Positions 39,517 through 49,776 of a stretch of DNA of 64,000 nt are shown here, in pieces. This DNA is from an uncultured bacterium (GTDB lineage: Bacteria; Omnitrophota; Omnitrophia; Omnitrophales; Abzuiibacteriaceae), in NCBI GenBank assembly GCA_964387845.1, contig CAYLXA010000002.1:1-64000 (forward strand), given 5' to 3'. The translations under genes were made by a program, and so were the position numbers. How positions within the stretch are numbered: the first letter of the stretch is position 1; every line of letters begins with the position of its first letter. The notes under the pieces were generated by a model. The model worked only from the letters and a program-made list of their open reading frames with translations, searched no databases and was not told the origin of the DNA.

Positions 39517-40238
39517 ACAAACGCCTGACCGATCCAGCACACATTGACGTGTTAATTATTTGCGGAGGGCTGGGGACGCGCCTCCGTTCTGTCGAGCCCG
39601 ATGCGCCCAAAGGCATGGTTGTTATTGAAGGAAAACCGTTTCTTGAAATTCTGATTGATCATTTGCGTCATTCCGGTTTTCGGCGTTTTATTCTCTGCAC
39701 CGGTTACGGCGCCAAACGTTTTCGGCAGCATTTTGAAGCGGCCAAACAGTCAGAAATTATATTTTCCGAAGAAGTAAAGCCGCTGGGCACGGCCGGAGCT
39801 GTCAAGCAAGCCGAAAAACTCATAAGCAGCGATCAGCAGTTGGTGTTAAATGGCGATTCTTTGTGCTTGGCGGATTGGCAGGAGCTATTACGCTTTCATG
39901 CATCGCATCAGGGGTTGGCAACGCTTTTGGTAACTCAGGACCGAGAGCGAACGGATGTGGGCGGAATCAAGTTTGATCACAACTTCGGCGTAACGCAATT
40001 TAAAGAAAAGGAAAAAGAATCGACCCCATATATTAATGCGGGTATTTATATTTTTGAGCGCCGGTTATTGGAATTGATTCCGAAAAATCAAAAAATTTCT
40101 TTGGAGGAACAAATTTTTCCAAAGCTGAACGAAACCCAACTGTTTGCTTGCGTATCATTAGCAACTGTGTATGATATTGGAACGCCCGAACGTTTAGAGA
40201 AATTTAAACAACTTTATTCTGCAGGAAAATTCAATTAA
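39513..40238 (+). CDS. Sugar-1-phosphate nucleotidyltransferase (HddC/mannose-1-P guanylyltransferase-like)
   Basis: ICGGLGTRLR nucleotidyltransferase motif. About 240 aa. Coupled to the kinase. Confidence 0.7.
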   Translation: MNKRLTDPAHIDVLIICGGLGTRLRSVEPDAPKGMVVIEGKPFLEILIDHLRHSGFRRFILCTGYGAKRFRQHFEAAKQSEIIFSEEVKPLGTAGAVKQAEKLISSDQQLVLNGDSLCLADWQELLRFHASHQGLATLLVTQDRERTDVGGIKFDHNFGVTQFKEKEKESTPYINAGIYIFERRLLELIPKNQKISLEEQIFPKLNETQLFACVSLATVYDIGTPERLEKFKQLYSAGKFN

Positions 40239-40243
40239 ACGAT

Positions 40244-41794
40244 ATGGTTAATACAAAAAATAAACTTGATGTCTTGCTCATTAATCCTGGCAATTTGATC
40301 CAGGTTTACCAAACGCTGGGACTCAATATTTCTGCTATCGAGCCGCCGGTTTGGTCCGGGTTGATGGCCACTTTCGTTCGGCGCAAAGGCTGTTCCGTTC
40401 AAATTCTGGATGCTAACGCCGAGAATCTGACCCCTGCTCAAACTGCGCAAAAAGCGCTTGAGTTGAAGCCGCTTCTGATCGCTGTTGTTGTTTACGGACA
40501 TCAACCGTCGGCTTCGACGCAAATTATGCCGGCGGCAAGTTCAATTTGCTCCGCGATTAAGGCGCAAGACCCAAGCCAAAAGGTGTTTTTGGTTGGCGGG
40601 CATGTCTCGGCGCTGCCTGATCGGACGCTGAGCGAGGAAAGTGCAGATTTTGTGTCGAGCGGCGAGGGGCCGCACACGCTTTTAGAGTTAATTGAGGCGC
40701 TGAAAGCCGGCGGCTCCGAAAATTTAAAGAAGGTTCGCGGATTACTTTATAAAGAAAACGGGAAAATTCAGTTCAACGCACCGGCACCACTCGTCAAAAA
40801 CTTGGATGAAGAAATGCCTGAAATGGCCTGGGATCTTTTGCCTATGGAAAAATACCGGGCGCACAACTGGCATTGTTTCGGTCATTTAGATAAACGCGCG
40901 CCTTATGCTTCGTTTTATACCACGCTCGGGTGTCCGTATCACTGCACTTTTTGTTGTATTCAGTCGCCTTACAAAACCGGAGAAAAAGAGTCTGGTTTGA
41001 AGGAGGAGATTAACAGCTATCGCTTCTGGAATCCCAAAACGGTTGTCGATCAAATCGGAAAATTAGTCAACGAATACGGAGTCCGCAATATTAAGATCGC
41101 AGACGAGATGTTTGTTCTCAATGCGCGTCATGTATTTGGTATTTGCGATTTGATCATTGAGCGCGGTTATGATTTGAATATTTGGGCGTATGCACGCATT
41201 GACACAATTAAGGACAATATGCTGGACAAATTAAAGCGTGCGGGTGTGAACTGGCTCGCGTTTGGCATCGAGTCGGGTAGCGAGCGTGTCCGAGATAATG
41301 TGGACAAAGCGTTTGACCAAGAGGACATTCGCAAAGTAATTCAAAAAGTGAAAGATGCTGGTATTAACATCATCGGAAATTATATCTTCGGGCTACCGGA
41401 AGATGATATGAATTCAATGAAAGCCACTCTGGATTTAGCGCTCGAACTTAATTGCGAATTTACCAACTTTTATTGCGCGATGGCGTATCCCGGGTCTCCT
41501 TTGTATCAGCAGGCTATCCGTGAAAAATGGGCATTACCAAAAGCCTGGAGCGGTTATTCTCAGCATTCGGTCGATATGCTTCCGCTTGCCACAAAACACC
41601 TCCCGGCTTCTGACGTTATTCGGTTTAGAGACCAGGCATTTGAGGTTTATTTTAAATCACCTAAATATTTAGAGATGGTGCGCCAAAAATTCGGCGAAGA
41701 AACTTTAAAACATATCCAGGCAATGCTTTCACATCAGCTTAAACGACAATTCGTTTCTTCAAGCACGTCAAAAACCTCATCGCAAAAGAGTTGA
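40244..41794 (+). CDS. Cobalamin-binding radical SAM enzyme (class B, probable sugar C-methyltransferase)
   Basis: N-terminal B12-binding-like domain. Radical SAM cysteine cluster GCPYHCTFCC. Confidence 0.7.
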   Translation: MVNTKNKLDVLLINPGNLIQVYQTLGLNISAIEPPVWSGLMATFVRRKGCSVQILDANAENLTPAQTAQKALELKPLLIAVVVYGHQPSASTQIMPAASSICSAIKAQDPSQKVFLVGGHVSALPDRTLSEESADFVSSGEGPHTLLELIEALKAGGSENLKKVRGLLYKENGKIQFNAPAPLVKNLDEEMPEMAWDLLPMEKYRAHNWHCFGHLDKRAPYASFYTTLGCPYHCTFCCIQSPYKTGEKESGLKEEINSYRFWNPKTVVDQIGKLVNEYGVRNIKIADEMFVLNARHVFGICDLIIERGYDLNIWAYARIDTIKDNMLDKLKRAGVNWLAFGIESGSERVRDNVDKAFDQEDIRKVIQKVKDAGINIIGNYIFGLPEDDMNSMKATLDLALELNCEFTNFYCAMAYPGSPLYQQAIREKWALPKAWSGYSQHSVDMLPLATKHLPASDVIRFRDQAFEVYFKSPKYLEMVRQKFGEETLKHIQAMLSHQLKRQFVSSSTSKTSSQKS

Positions 41795-42978
41795 CTCAGT
41801 CGCGATCAACGCAGAAGCAATGGATAGTTATCGGCGGCGGCATTATTGGCACCGCGGTTGCCCTGGCTCTTGCTAAGCGCAAAGCTGGCTCAATCTTAAT
41901 TCTAGAGAAAGAATCTTCGCTCGGGCTTCATCAAAGCGGTCGCAACAGCGGTGTCATTCATTCCGGGATTAATCAAAAACCCGGAAGTTTGAAAGCAAAA
42001 ATGTGCGTTGAGGGCAGCCGGCGCTTGCGAGAATATTGCAGACAGCGGCGGATTGTGATGAATGAATGTGGGACTTTAGTGATTGCGCGTCATGCCGAAG
42101 AGCTGGCAACCCTAGACCGTCTTTTAAAAATGGGTGTCGAGTGCGGCGTTGAGGGGTTGATGTTAATCGGCCGCGATGAATTGATTGAGCGGGAACCGAT
42201 TGCCAAAGGCGATAGTGCTCTTCTGTCTCCCTCAGGCGCAACCGTTGATTCTGAAATGCTCCTCAAATCTCTTGCGCAAGATGCGCGCGAGGTCGGTGTT
42301 GAGTATAAAATGGTCCATCGCGTTTTAAAAATCGAAGGAAATACGGTCTATACCAACCAAGGGAGTTTCAACGCCGAATACATCATTAATTGTGCGGGGC
42401 TTTATGCAGATGAAATTGCGCATATGATGAACGCAGGGAGAGGTTATCGGATTATTCCATTTCGCGGCGAGTATATGGAAGTCAAAAATTGCGATGTGAA
42501 ATCAATGGTTTATCAGGCTCCTGATCTCCGGTTTCCGTTTTTGAGCATTCATTTAACCCGGGAAACGGACGGAAGAGTGCTTGCCGGGCCTAGCGCAGTT
42601 TTGGCGTTTGGCAGGGAAGCATATGAGAAGGAATGGGATTGGCGTGAAATGGGCCGCATGTTTACTAGTATGCAATTTTTACGGATGGTTATCAGACCAG
42701 AGTTTGTGCAGCTAGCTTCCGAGAATTTGAAAACATCGCTATCAGCAAATAGTTTTTTGGAGCAGATTCAGTCTCTGGTTGCAGGTGTAACGCAAGAACA
42801 GATTGTGCCGCATCGGGCCGGAATCCGAGCTCAGATGGTGGATCAAAGCGGTAAATTGGTTGATGATATTTTGGTGGAACATCAACCGTCGGCAACGCAT
42901 GTGCTGAATGCAGTATCTCCCGGAATGACGTGCAGTCTGGCATTTGCAGACTATTTAGCGGGGCAAATTTTAAATTAG
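41791..42978 (+). CDS. FAD-dependent oxidoreductase (DAO/LhgO family)
   Basis: IVIGGGIIGTAVALAL dinucleotide motif. Coupled to the radical SAM gene. Confidence 0.7.
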   Translation: MTQSRSTQKQWIVIGGGIIGTAVALALAKRKAGSILILEKESSLGLHQSGRNSGVIHSGINQKPGSLKAKMCVEGSRRLREYCRQRRIVMNECGTLVIARHAEELATLDRLLKMGVECGVEGLMLIGRDELIEREPIAKGDSALLSPSGATVDSEMLLKSLAQDAREVGVEYKMVHRVLKIEGNTVYTNQGSFNAEYIINCAGLYADEIAHMMNAGRGYRIIPFRGEYMEVKNCDVKSMVYQAPDLRFPFLSIHLTRETDGRVLAGPSAVLAFGREAYEKEWDWREMGRMFTSMQFLRMVIRPEFVQLASENLKTSLSANSFLEQIQSLVAGVTQEQIVPHRAGIRAQMVDQSGKLVDDILVEHQPSATHVLNAVSPGMTCSLAFADYLAGQILN

Positions 42979-42993
42979 TGAGATAGTTAACGA

Positions 42994-43968
42994 GTGGCTT
43001 GTATGAAAAAAATTTTAATCTGCGGCGGAACTGGTTTTATCGGCAGGAATTTGGTTGAGTATTTTGTCAAAAAACCAGATTTTGAAGTTTACGCAACTTG
43101 TTACAAGCGTCGTTCTCCCTTAATTCCAAAGGCTAAATTTAAGCGTATTGATTTAACAAATGTTGTGCAAGTTCAAGAAATTGTGAAGGGGATGGATGTT
43201 GTGGTTCAAGCCGCTGCCACAACCTCCGGCGTAAAGGATACGATTGAGGCGCCTTATGTGCACGTTACAGATAACGCCGTAATGAACTCCTTGATTTTTC
43301 GAGCGTGTTTCGAGCAAAAGGTGAAACACGTGATCTTTTTAAGCTGTACCGTGATGTATCCGAATCAGGAGGCGCCAGTTTCGGAAGAAGATATGAATTA
43401 TCAAATTACGGATAATTATTTTGGTGTCGGTTGGACAAAAGTTTACCTCGAGAAAATGAGCCAATTTTATTCGCGAATCGGAAGTGCTAAATATACCGCG
43501 ATTCGGCATTCCAATATTTACGGCCCTTATGATAAGTATGATCTTGAAAAATCACACGTTTTTGGCGCAACGGTTGCGAAAGTTGAAACTGCCAAGGACG
43601 GCAAAGTTGTGGTCTGGGGCACGGGCGCCCAAGAGCGCGATCTTTTATATGTGGATGACCTGTCCCGGTTTATTGATTTGGCAATTGAAAAGCAAACTGA
43701 AAAGTTTGAGCTGGTTAATGTTGGTTACGGAAAAAGCATTTCAATTGCTAATCTGGTCCAGTTGATTATTGACCGCTCCAAAAAGAATTTAAAGATTGAG
43801 TATGATCATTTAAAGCCTTCGGTTAACTTCAAGTTGGTTCTGAATATCGACCGCGCAAAGCGCATTTTTGGCTGGGAGCCGCAGGTGCCGCTTGAAGAAG
43901 GAATTGAAAGGAGTCTTGCGTGGTATCGAAAACATATTCAACCAATGTCTGCCGAAAAGATTAAATGA
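42994..43968 (+). CDS. NAD-dependent nucleotide-sugar epimerase/dehydratase (SDR)
   Basis: ILICGGTGFIGRNL. YxxxK in YLEKMSQ. Confidence 0.75.
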   Translation: MACMKKILICGGTGFIGRNLVEYFVKKPDFEVYATCYKRRSPLIPKAKFKRIDLTNVVQVQEIVKGMDVVVQAAATTSGVKDTIEAPYVHVTDNAVMNSLIFRACFEQKVKHVIFLSCTVMYPNQEAPVSEEDMNYQITDNYFGVGWTKVYLEKMSQFYSRIGSAKYTAIRHSNIYGPYDKYDLEKSHVFGATVAKVETAKDGKVVVWGTGAQERDLLYVDDLSRFIDLAIEKQTEKFELVNVGYGKSISIANLVQLIIDRSKKNLKIEYDHLKPSVNFKLVLNIDRAKRIFGWEPQVPLEEGIERSLAWYRKHIQPMSAEKIK

Positions 43969-46019
43969 AAAGCAAATTAATTTGCGCTGCCGTATTAGTG
44001 GCGCTGATTGTGATTTCATTTTACACCTACCGCTCCGGTGTCATTTCCGTGCCTCGCTCCGATCACTATGGGTTTATGGCGGAGAGGGAATACGCAGTTT
44101 CGGATACCGAGTTTTTGTTGAAGCAGTTGGTCTATAACCGGACCCGCGTCATCGCAAAGGGTGATTCTTTTTTGTTCAGGCCCGGAATGACCGGCACGCT
44201 CGCGCTTTTGGATATTTTTTTTCGGCATAATTTGTATGCGCTTGGCGCTTTCAGTATCCTCGCGCATGCTTTGACGGCTTTTTCATTGTTCTTATTGCTG
44301 AGTTTGTTTTTAAGGCGCTCTTTTGCGTTTATCCTATCCGTTGTATTTGCCACGCATCTGGCAGGTTTTGAAATGGTTTTTTGGCGCCATATCAGTCCTT
44401 ACATGTTTTGCCTGGTTTTTGTAGGATTGGCATTGTACGCGCTTGGCCGCTGGCTTCAGCCGCCCGAAAATCGAAATTGGCTTTTATTATTTTCATTCTG
44501 CCTTTTTTTATCTTCACTATTTCACGAAGTTGTTTTGCCGGCGATGGTTATCTTCTGTCTTTTATTTTTAGTTCTGCATTTTCAAAATCAATCAACGAAT
44601 CCATCTTATTTTAAATCATTGTCAATCGCGTGCCTGGTCCCGCTGGCTGCTAATTTGCTGCTCAACGTCGCTGGCCGGATCGCTTTTAGCAGCCAGGCCA
44701 ACCTGTTATTGAGTGATGCGGCGCAACCGGCAAGCGTTGCTTACGCCTCAAAATTTTTAAGCCACGCGGTTTACGTCGGGGGCCTGATTATCACTGCCTT
44801 TTTGGCGCCGAGCATCATTCGTTTCTCATTTATTAATTTGGATTTTCGGGCGGAGTGGGACTTTCTCAAAATTCCAGCGCCTGTTTTTTACACCGCCGGT
44901 TTTATTTTTCTTACATTGATCGCAGGGGCGTTAATTTATCTATATATTTTCAGAAAAAAGCTCGGTCAGCGACAGCTTTTTCCGATTTTTGCATTCGCGG
45001 GAATATTTTTGATTGTCACTTTTTTGGGACTAACGGTCGGGAGGGCCATTCCGCGCTCAATCGGTTATTTGAAAAACTCCACCTATTATTTCTATCTAAC
45101 CAATTACGCCCTTACAATCATCGTTGCTATGGGCTTGAGAAAAATCAGCAGCTTACCGTATAAAAATTTAAAAATCGGATTAGTGTTTTTCCTGCTCTGT
45201 GTTGCCGGTTATCAGATTAAAAGCGGTATTGCGGGAATCGAAAAGGCAATCAATGCTCGAGGTGATTACGATAAACAAATCGCTTCCAAAACACTCCGGG
45301 TTTGGTCAGAATTAAGCAAGCATCCGGAATATTGCTATGGTGGGACCGGGGCCGAAAGAGTTTCAAGCTTTGTGCCCAATGTTCTGCTGTACCGAAGGTC
45401 ATGCAATGCTTTCCCGGACAAAATCCCGCTCTATTTGCTCGAAAACGAAAAACGCGAACTTTGGTTTATGCAGTTGATTCCTGAGCAGATTGATCAGCAG
45501 GCCTATCGTTATGGGCAGATCAATAATGAGGGGCAAGCCGAGTTTTCCGCTCAATCAACCGATAACCAGCTCAGTTTTAGCGGTTTTTCTCTTAGCAATG
45601 CCGTCCATCATCCTATTTATTACGGCGCCCGGCTTCATGGGGGATTTGTCGGAGGTTTGGTATTTAACTATCACGACCCCGCCAATTTTTCAATCTTAGT
45701 GGCAAATGAACGTTACACTTATGTGCAATTTAACGAGAATGGAAACCCCTCGGAACCGTCGTATGTGGCGCAGCAGATTTTAGATCCGATCGCTTTTGAT
45801 TTGTCGATTCGGAGAATCGGCGGCAGGTATGTTGTATTCTATAACCGGACTTTGCTTGCAGTGATCAATGATGCTGTTTCCGAGGGACGAGTGGGGCTTT
45901 ATCGGAAGCCCCGTCATTCAGCAGGCGAGTATTTTACCGACGTGGTCTTGATTGATGCTTCAGAGGCCAAACAATCGCAGATGGGTGCTTTTGAACCTGT
46001 TTTTCAATTTCAATTTTAG
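43965..46019 (+). CDS. Polytopic membrane protein with a ~280-aa C-terminal soluble domain (glycan-assembly protein, family unassigned)
   Basis: About 11 TM helices followed by a soluble domain. Lies in the glycan locus. Confidence 0.4.
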   Translation: MKSKLICAAVLVALIVISFYTYRSGVISVPRSDHYGFMAEREYAVSDTEFLLKQLVYNRTRVIAKGDSFLFRPGMTGTLALLDIFFRHNLYALGAFSILAHALTAFSLFLLLSLFLRRSFAFILSVVFATHLAGFEMVFWRHISPYMFCLVFVGLALYALGRWLQPPENRNWLLLFSFCLFLSSLFHEVVLPAMVIFCLLFLVLHFQNQSTNPSYFKSLSIACLVPLAANLLLNVAGRIAFSSQANLLLSDAAQPASVAYASKFLSHAVYVGGLIITAFLAPSIIRFSFINLDFRAEWDFLKIPAPVFYTAGFIFLTLIAGALIYLYIFRKKLGQRQLFPIFAFAGIFLIVTFLGLTVGRAIPRSIGYLKNSTYYFYLTNYALTIIVAMGLRKISSLPYKNLKIGLVFFLLCVAGYQIKSGIAGIEKAINARGDYDKQIASKTLRVWSELSKHPEYCYGGTGAERVSSFVPNVLLYRRSCNAFPDKIPLYLLENEKRELWFMQLIPEQIDQQAYRYGQINNEGQAEFSAQSTDNQLSFSGFSLSNAVHHPIYYGARLHGGFVGGLVFNYHDPANFSILVANERYTYVQFNENGNPSEPSYVAQQILDPIAFDLSIRRIGGRYVVFYNRTLLAVINDAVSEGRVGLYRKPRHSAGEYFTDVVLIDASEAKQSQMGAFEPVFQFQF

Positions 46020-46034
46020 TTATGCGGTAGTGAG

Positions 46035-47963
46035 GTGTGTGTGATGATTTTGTTTCCGGTTTTATTATTTGCGGCTTTGGTTCTGATTTTAAACGGCCAT
46101 CCGCAATTTCGAGTCAATGAACGCGATGATTGGCGTTATCAAACGGGTCTTGCATTTGTTGTGACGGGCGTCATCGCGGTTGCTGCGATTGAAGTGTTGA
46201 GCGTTTTTTCTGCGCTTACACAAAAAACCGTTGGCGTGACATGGGGAGCGCTGCTGTGCGTTGCTCTGTCTGTTTGGTTTTTTGGTTATCGAAAAACTCA
46301 GATCCTGCCTTCGATTTCCGGTTTTTCAGGTTTATTCTTAGGGCTTTTGTCCGGGATTTTTTTCCTCGTAATTATTACGAGCGTTGTTGCTCTTTTGGCT
46401 CCGCCCAATACATGGGATTCGCTGACGTATCACATGAGCCGGGTCGCGCATTGGGTCCAAAATAGAAGTGTCGGACACTATCCAACCAACATTTTAAGGC
46501 AATTGTATCATGCGCCAGGAGCCGAATTTATGATCTTGCAAGCCCAGCTCTTGAGCGGAGGCGACCGCTTTGCCAATATGATTCAATGGAGTTTTTATAT
46601 CGGCTGTGTTCTCACCAGTTCTTTGCTGACAAAGCAATTTGGATTTGACCGGTGGGCACAGCTGCTGACCGCGGTTTTTGCGTCAACGCTCCCGATGGCG
46701 ATTTTACAGGCTTCAAGCACGCAAAACGATCTGGCAGCCTCGTTCTGGCTTCTTGCAGCAGTTGTGTTTCTTCTGAGGCTGCAGAATCAATTTAATTGGA
46801 CAGATGCGTGCGGTGCCGGTGCCGGTATTGGGCTTGCGTTTCTGACAAAATCACTATCCTATGTTTACATTATTCCGTTCATAGCGTGGTTTGCTTGGGC
46901 TTGCGTCAGAAACAGGCAGTGGGGAAAGTTGTCAAAAACTGCGGCGTTAATTGCTGCGCTGGTTATCGTGATTAATCTGGGCCACTGGTCGCGCAATTTC
47001 GTACTTTTCCATCATCCGCTAGGGCCAATAAAAACAATAGATTTAACCAACGAGAAATTCGGCGTCCGGCCCGTGTTGTCTAACATAATTCGGGGCGCTG
47101 CCTCGCACGCGAGCTTTCCGATCATTGGTATTAACCACGAGCTGACCAAATGGATTTATGCGTTCCACCGTTCGCTTGGCATGGATGCCAATGATCCGAA
47201 GACAACCTATGATCCTAATTTTGGAAAATTTCAAATCCGTCCGCTTCACGCCCATGAAGATTCAGCGAGCAACCCCATTCATTTTTGGCTGATTGTGATT
47301 TGCGGGATTATTGCGCTGCGCAGGCGCGAGACTCGAAAAGAGCCAAAATTTATATTTTATCTTGCATCGGTCATTGCTGCCTTCCTGCTAATTTGCATTA
47401 TTTTCAAGTGGCAAGTGTGGATCAGCCGTTTGCAGCTGCCTCTTTTCTTTTTTTGGGCACCTGTGGCGGGTTCAGTGCTGTCTTTGATGAAAGCAAAAAG
47501 CGTATCTGGCGCAGTTGCCGTTTTTTTGCTGGTCAGCTCACTTTATTCAGCTTTCTTTAATTTTTCTCGGAGTTTTTTTAAGTGGCCTTTTGTTGACAAT
47601 ATGCCGCCCACTGTTTTTGAAGCAGGACGTGACATGCTGTATATGAATAACGGGGCTAACATTGTGAAGCTTTCATATTTACTTGCAACAAAACATATTG
47701 AATCGAAGCGCTATAAGAATGTCGGACTTATTGTTCATGAGGATGACTGGGAATATCCGTACTGGGCGATACTGCAAGCCAATCGGAATGCGATCCGGAT
47801 TGAACATATAGAAGTGGCGAATATATCGAGTAAAATAAAAAGAAAGCCTTTTCGGCCGGATGTTGTTATTGCATCAAAGCCAACGGATGGGCAAATCCGA
47901 CGCTATGAAGCCGAGTATGGTTCCGGCGAACAGATGGGAATTTTGTGGGTTTTTGGCCGGTAG
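46035..47963 (+). CDS. Polytopic membrane protein, GT-C-like, with a C-terminal soluble domain
   Basis: About 12 TM helices. Early loop PPNTWDSLTYH with acidic residues. C-terminal ~180-aa soluble region. Confidence 0.4.
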   Translation: MCVMILFPVLLFAALVLILNGHPQFRVNERDDWRYQTGLAFVVTGVIAVAAIEVLSVFSALTQKTVGVTWGALLCVALSVWFFGYRKTQILPSISGFSGLFLGLLSGIFFLVIITSVVALLAPPNTWDSLTYHMSRVAHWVQNRSVGHYPTNILRQLYHAPGAEFMILQAQLLSGGDRFANMIQWSFYIGCVLTSSLLTKQFGFDRWAQLLTAVFASTLPMAILQASSTQNDLAASFWLLAAVVFLLRLQNQFNWTDACGAGAGIGLAFLTKSLSYVYIIPFIAWFAWACVRNRQWGKLSKTAALIAALVIVINLGHWSRNFVLFHHPLGPIKTIDLTNEKFGVRPVLSNIIRGAASHASFPIIGINHELTKWIYAFHRSLGMDANDPKTTYDPNFGKFQIRPLHAHEDSASNPIHFWLIVICGIIALRRRETRKEPKFIFYLASVIAAFLLICIIFKWQVWISRLQLPLFFFWAPVAGSVLSLMKAKSVSGAVAVFLLVSSLYSAFFNFSRSFFKWPFVDNMPPTVFEAGRDMLYMNNGANIVKLSYLLATKHIESKRYKNVGLIVHEDDWEYPYWAILQANRNAIRIEHIEVANISSKIKRKPFRPDVVIASKPTDGQIRRYEAEYGSGEQMGILWVFGR

Positions 47964-48031
47964 GTAGCTTTTTGCCTTTACCGGAGCAGTGAAATTGCCG
48001 ATAAAAATAGCTAAATTTAAGGAGTTTTTTC

Positions 48032-49042
48032 ATGATTCAAATCGGTGTAATCGGATGCGGGCAATGGGGGCCTAACCATATCCGCAATTTTACCAACTTA
48101 GAAGATAGCCGCGTGGCTGCCTGTTCCGATTTAGACTCAGTACGTTTAACCGCCATGTCAAAGCTTGTGAAGGGTATTGAAACCACGCGGAATTACCGAG
48201 ACATTCTCCACAACCCGCGCATTGACGCAGTGGTGATCTCCACTCCGGCTGCGCTTCATTACAAGATTGCGAAAGAAAGCCTATTAGCGGGCAAGGACGT
48301 GCTCTGCGAAAAACCGCTTTGCACCAAAGTTAGCGATGCGATCAAGCTGACGGAGCTTGCAAAAAAGCTCAAAAGAGTGTTGATGGTCGGGCATGTTTTT
48401 GTATTCAATCCGGGTATCCGAAAGTTAAAAGAACTGATTCAGAAGAAAAAATGCGGGCGCGTATATTATTTACATTCTGAACGGACCAACCTTGGGCCGT
48501 TCCGGCGCGATGTGAATGCAGTGTGGGATTTGGCCTGCCACGACGTTTATATTTTTAATTACTTACTGAATAGTTTTCCGATCGAGGTTACCGCGCGCGG
48601 AGGAAAGTATCTTCAGAGCAAAATCGAAGACGTTGCCTTTATATCGATGACTTATCCGAGCGGTGTTTTGGTGAACATCCATGTCAGCTGGCTGGATCCC
48701 AAAAAAATCAGGCAAATTACCGTCGTTGGAAATAAATCCATGATTACCTGGGATGATTTGGACAATGTCGGCCCGATTAAAATTTACGATAGCCAGGTTG
48801 TGCACAAGTATTACTACGAAACTTTCGGTGAATTTGCGCTGTTGGCGAGGGAAGGTGATATCACGATTCCTAAAATCGCGCTGCAGGAACCTTTAAAGAT
48901 CCAAGATTCCCATTTTTTGGAATGCGTTCAGAAAAGAAAGCAGCCCGCGGCGGATGGTGTTGCCGGTATCCAAACGGTAAAGGTGCTTACGGCCATTCAG
49001 AAATCTCTGGCAAAGCGGGGCAATCCGGTACGCGTCGGATGA
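48032..49042 (+). CDS. Gfo/Idh/MocA-family NAD(P)-dependent sugar oxidoreductase
   Basis: IGVIGCGQWG. EKPL motif (DVLCEKPL). Confidence 0.8.
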   Translation: MIQIGVIGCGQWGPNHIRNFTNLEDSRVAACSDLDSVRLTAMSKLVKGIETTRNYRDILHNPRIDAVVISTPAALHYKIAKESLLAGKDVLCEKPLCTKVSDAIKLTELAKKLKRVLMVGHVFVFNPGIRKLKELIQKKKCGRVYYLHSERTNLGPFRRDVNAVWDLACHDVYIFNYLLNSFPIEVTARGGKYLQSKIEDVAFISMTYPSGVLVNIHVSWLDPKKIRQITVVGNKSMITWDDLDNVGPIKIYDSQVVHKYYYETFGEFALLAREGDITIPKIALQEPLKIQDSHFLECVQKRKQPAADGVAGIQTVKVLTAIQKSLAKRGNPVRVG

Positions 49043-49776
49043 AAGCGCTCATCATTGCGTGTGCCTATAATGAAGGTGTCAAATTTGAAGCCACGTGCGA
49101 TCGAATCGCGGCTTTTCTGAAAAAACGTGATAAAAGCCGTGTCGTAATTGACGTTCTTGTTATCGATGATGCTTCGAGCGATTCCGCGCCTAAGCAATCG
49201 GCATCCAAGCACGGATTCCCGTATTTACGAAATGAAAAGAGAAGCGGTATCGGTTTCTCAATTCGGCGCGGCTATGAATTTGGTATTCAAAAACAGTACG
49301 ATATCTTGATCACAATCGCGGGAAACAACAAGGACAATCCCGATGAATTGGATCAATTGATTGAACCCATTGTCAGCGGGAAAGCGGATTTTGTCCAAGG
49401 ATCCCGGTATTTGGCGGGCGGAAATTATGGTAACATGCCGTTTTATCGGCTTATTACGACACGCTATGTCCATCCTTGGCTATTTTCTTTGGTGGCGGGC
49501 AGGCGGATTACGGATACAACTAACGGTTTCCGGGCCGTGAAAAACTCAGTTTTGAAAGATGTTCGGATTGATTTGCGGCAAGACTGGTTGGATCATTACG
49601 AACTGGAACCCTATTTATTCTGCCGTGCAATACGGTTGGGTTTTCGTATTGCAGAGGTTCCGGTGACCAAGATTTATCCTGACAGAAAGTTAGGTTATTC
49701 TAAAATGGCTCCCATCACGGGTTGGTGGAGTATTTTGAGGCCTCTGGTGTATCTATTTTTTAATTTAAAAAAATAA
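49039..49776 (+). CDS. GT2 glycosyltransferase (Dpm1-like)
   Basis: ALIIACAYNE. VIDDASSD. ATGA overlap start at 49039. The ORF-track 5' extension was rejected. Confidence 0.7.
   Translation: MKALIIACAYNEGVKFEATCDRIAAFLKKRDKSRVVIDVLVIDDASSDSAPKQSASKHGFPYLRNEKRSGIGFSIRRGYEFGIQKQYDILITIAGNNKDNPDELDQLIEPIVSGKADFVQGSRYLAGGNYGNMPFYRLITTRYVHPWLFSLVAGRRITDTTNGFRAVKNSVLKDVRIDLRQDWLDHYELEPYLFCRAIRLGFRIAEVPVTKIYPDRKLGYSKMAPITGWWSILRPLVYLFFNLKK

Noticed and set aside
48922-49038. 5' extension of the GT2 ORF (start 48922)
   Set aside because: It overlaps the Gfo/Idh/MocA gene. An ATG at 49039 forms an ATGA overlap, and the GT2 domain starts immediately (MKALIIACAYNE).
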